From: Lama guanicoe
Lineage: Eukaryota
Direction: 5' to 3'
Assembly: GCA_013239625.1 (NCBI GenBank)
Contig: MU056000.1
Span: 8,800,970 to 8,864,969 of the forward strand
Length of the DNA stretch: 64,000 nt
Numbering within the stretch: the stretch's first letter is position 1; the number at the start of each line of letters is the position of its first letter. Made by a program: the position numbers and the translations under genes. Positions 63,124-64,000 of this stretch are shown here, one piece after another. Below the pieces are notes generated by a model. It ran no database searches and was not told the DNA's origin. It worked only from the letters and a program-made list of their open reading frames with translations.

Positions 63124-63549
63124 AAGGGGTGGACTGTAGCTGCCGTGAGAATGAGGTGCTCAGATTTCCCACTGTTAGGAGCGTGATAGGCTAGGAGTCC
63201 CAGCTGCTGCTTCTCAGTTAACCACTGCATTCAGGCTGGTGCCCCACTTCCGGTGGACTGTGCCAGGTAATGCCTGATTGTTGTCATGGCACCAACGCAG
63301 GCCCACTGGGGTGAGGTGCAGTGTCCTTCCTATGGGCTCAAGGTCTCCCAGCGGCCTGAACAATCCTTTATCGGCATCGTTAGGCAGCCATACCCTCTTC
63401 TACACCTCCCTCTCCTTTCCTTCCCCACAGATGTTAACTTGCATTGCAGTCTGAAAGCTCTCCTTACCTGCTCATCCTCTGTCCCCTAATAATTCTCTTG
63501 CACGTTTAATACTGTCTTAGAAAAAAAGTTCTCAGGCCCCAACTAATGC
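63124..63549 (+). mobile_element. LTR16-like ERVL LTR with upstream polypurine tract
   Basis: AAGGGGTGGAC directly precedes TGTAGC at 63135; body GCTCAAGGTCTCCC...GGCCTG...CCTTCCCCACAGATGTT...CCCCTAATAATTCTCTTGCACG. Confidence 0.8.
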
Positions 63550-64000
63550 TATGAGATAGAGCTCTAAAAAAGTTGTGTTTTTTTTTTAGTATGACATAGA
63601 ATGAAAGTAAAGAAGTCAGATTCAGAATTTTTATGAATCAAAGCCAATGAACCCTTGGATCTCAATGCCATAACAAAATGAAGGTGTTTTCTTGTTTTTA
63701 AAACTGTGCAGTATGGGACTTTTTGGTTGGTGGATGTGTTCCAAATGTTGATCCAGAAATCACGTCTCTTCCATCTGTGTACTTCTTCATTTATTTAATT
63801 GAACCATAAGACACTGCTATTTTGGTAAGTCAAACAATCGCCACTATCACTGTATCTACCAAGGTAACCCTGGAAATCGTATCTATTCCTAAGGCTGATA
63901 ACCATGGGAGATTCTCCCATGTGGTAAGCCTGTCAGTAGCTCACGTATTTTCTATCTCTGTTTATTGACCTGGAATCAATCATTTACCCAATTACAACTG

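Noticed and set aside
1..64000. Prokaryote-type systems (CRISPR, operons, defence islands), tRNA/rRNA, NUMT or non-retroviral endogenous viral elements
   Set aside because: No repeat-spacer array, structured RNA gene, mitochondrial-like segment or long viral-like ORF was seen; very decayed elements could be missed without tblastx/HMM searches.

Overview
This window is mammalian nuclear DNA: AT-rich, CpG-depleted and intergenic or deep intronic. It is most likely a camelid (alpaca/llama/camel). The evidence is a young L1 3' end (56689-56902) resembling camelid L1 as I recall it, cetartiodactyl-type L1 ends elsewhere, and no visible Alu, Bov-A/tA/BovB, PRE-1, CHR-2, SINEC or ERE SINEs. I recognise no protein-coding gene, tRNA, rRNA or CRISPR array. 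The listed ORFs are short and mostly lie in decayed repeats. Much of the window is a layered fossil record of transposable elements: MIR, L2, old and lineage-specific L1, MaLR/ERVL/ERV1 LTRs and DNA-transposon MITEs, with several nested insertions. All family names come from by-eye similarity to remembered consensus sequences and need RepeatMasker/Dfam confirmation; most boundaries are approximate. I found no support for a new biological system. The points most worth following up are modest: an exact dispersed 50-bp duplication, GC/CpG-enriched patches in ancient repeats (possible biased gene conversion), a good CTCF motif, ERVL 3' remnants retaining the polypurine tract, and a few splice-site-bounded candidate exons.
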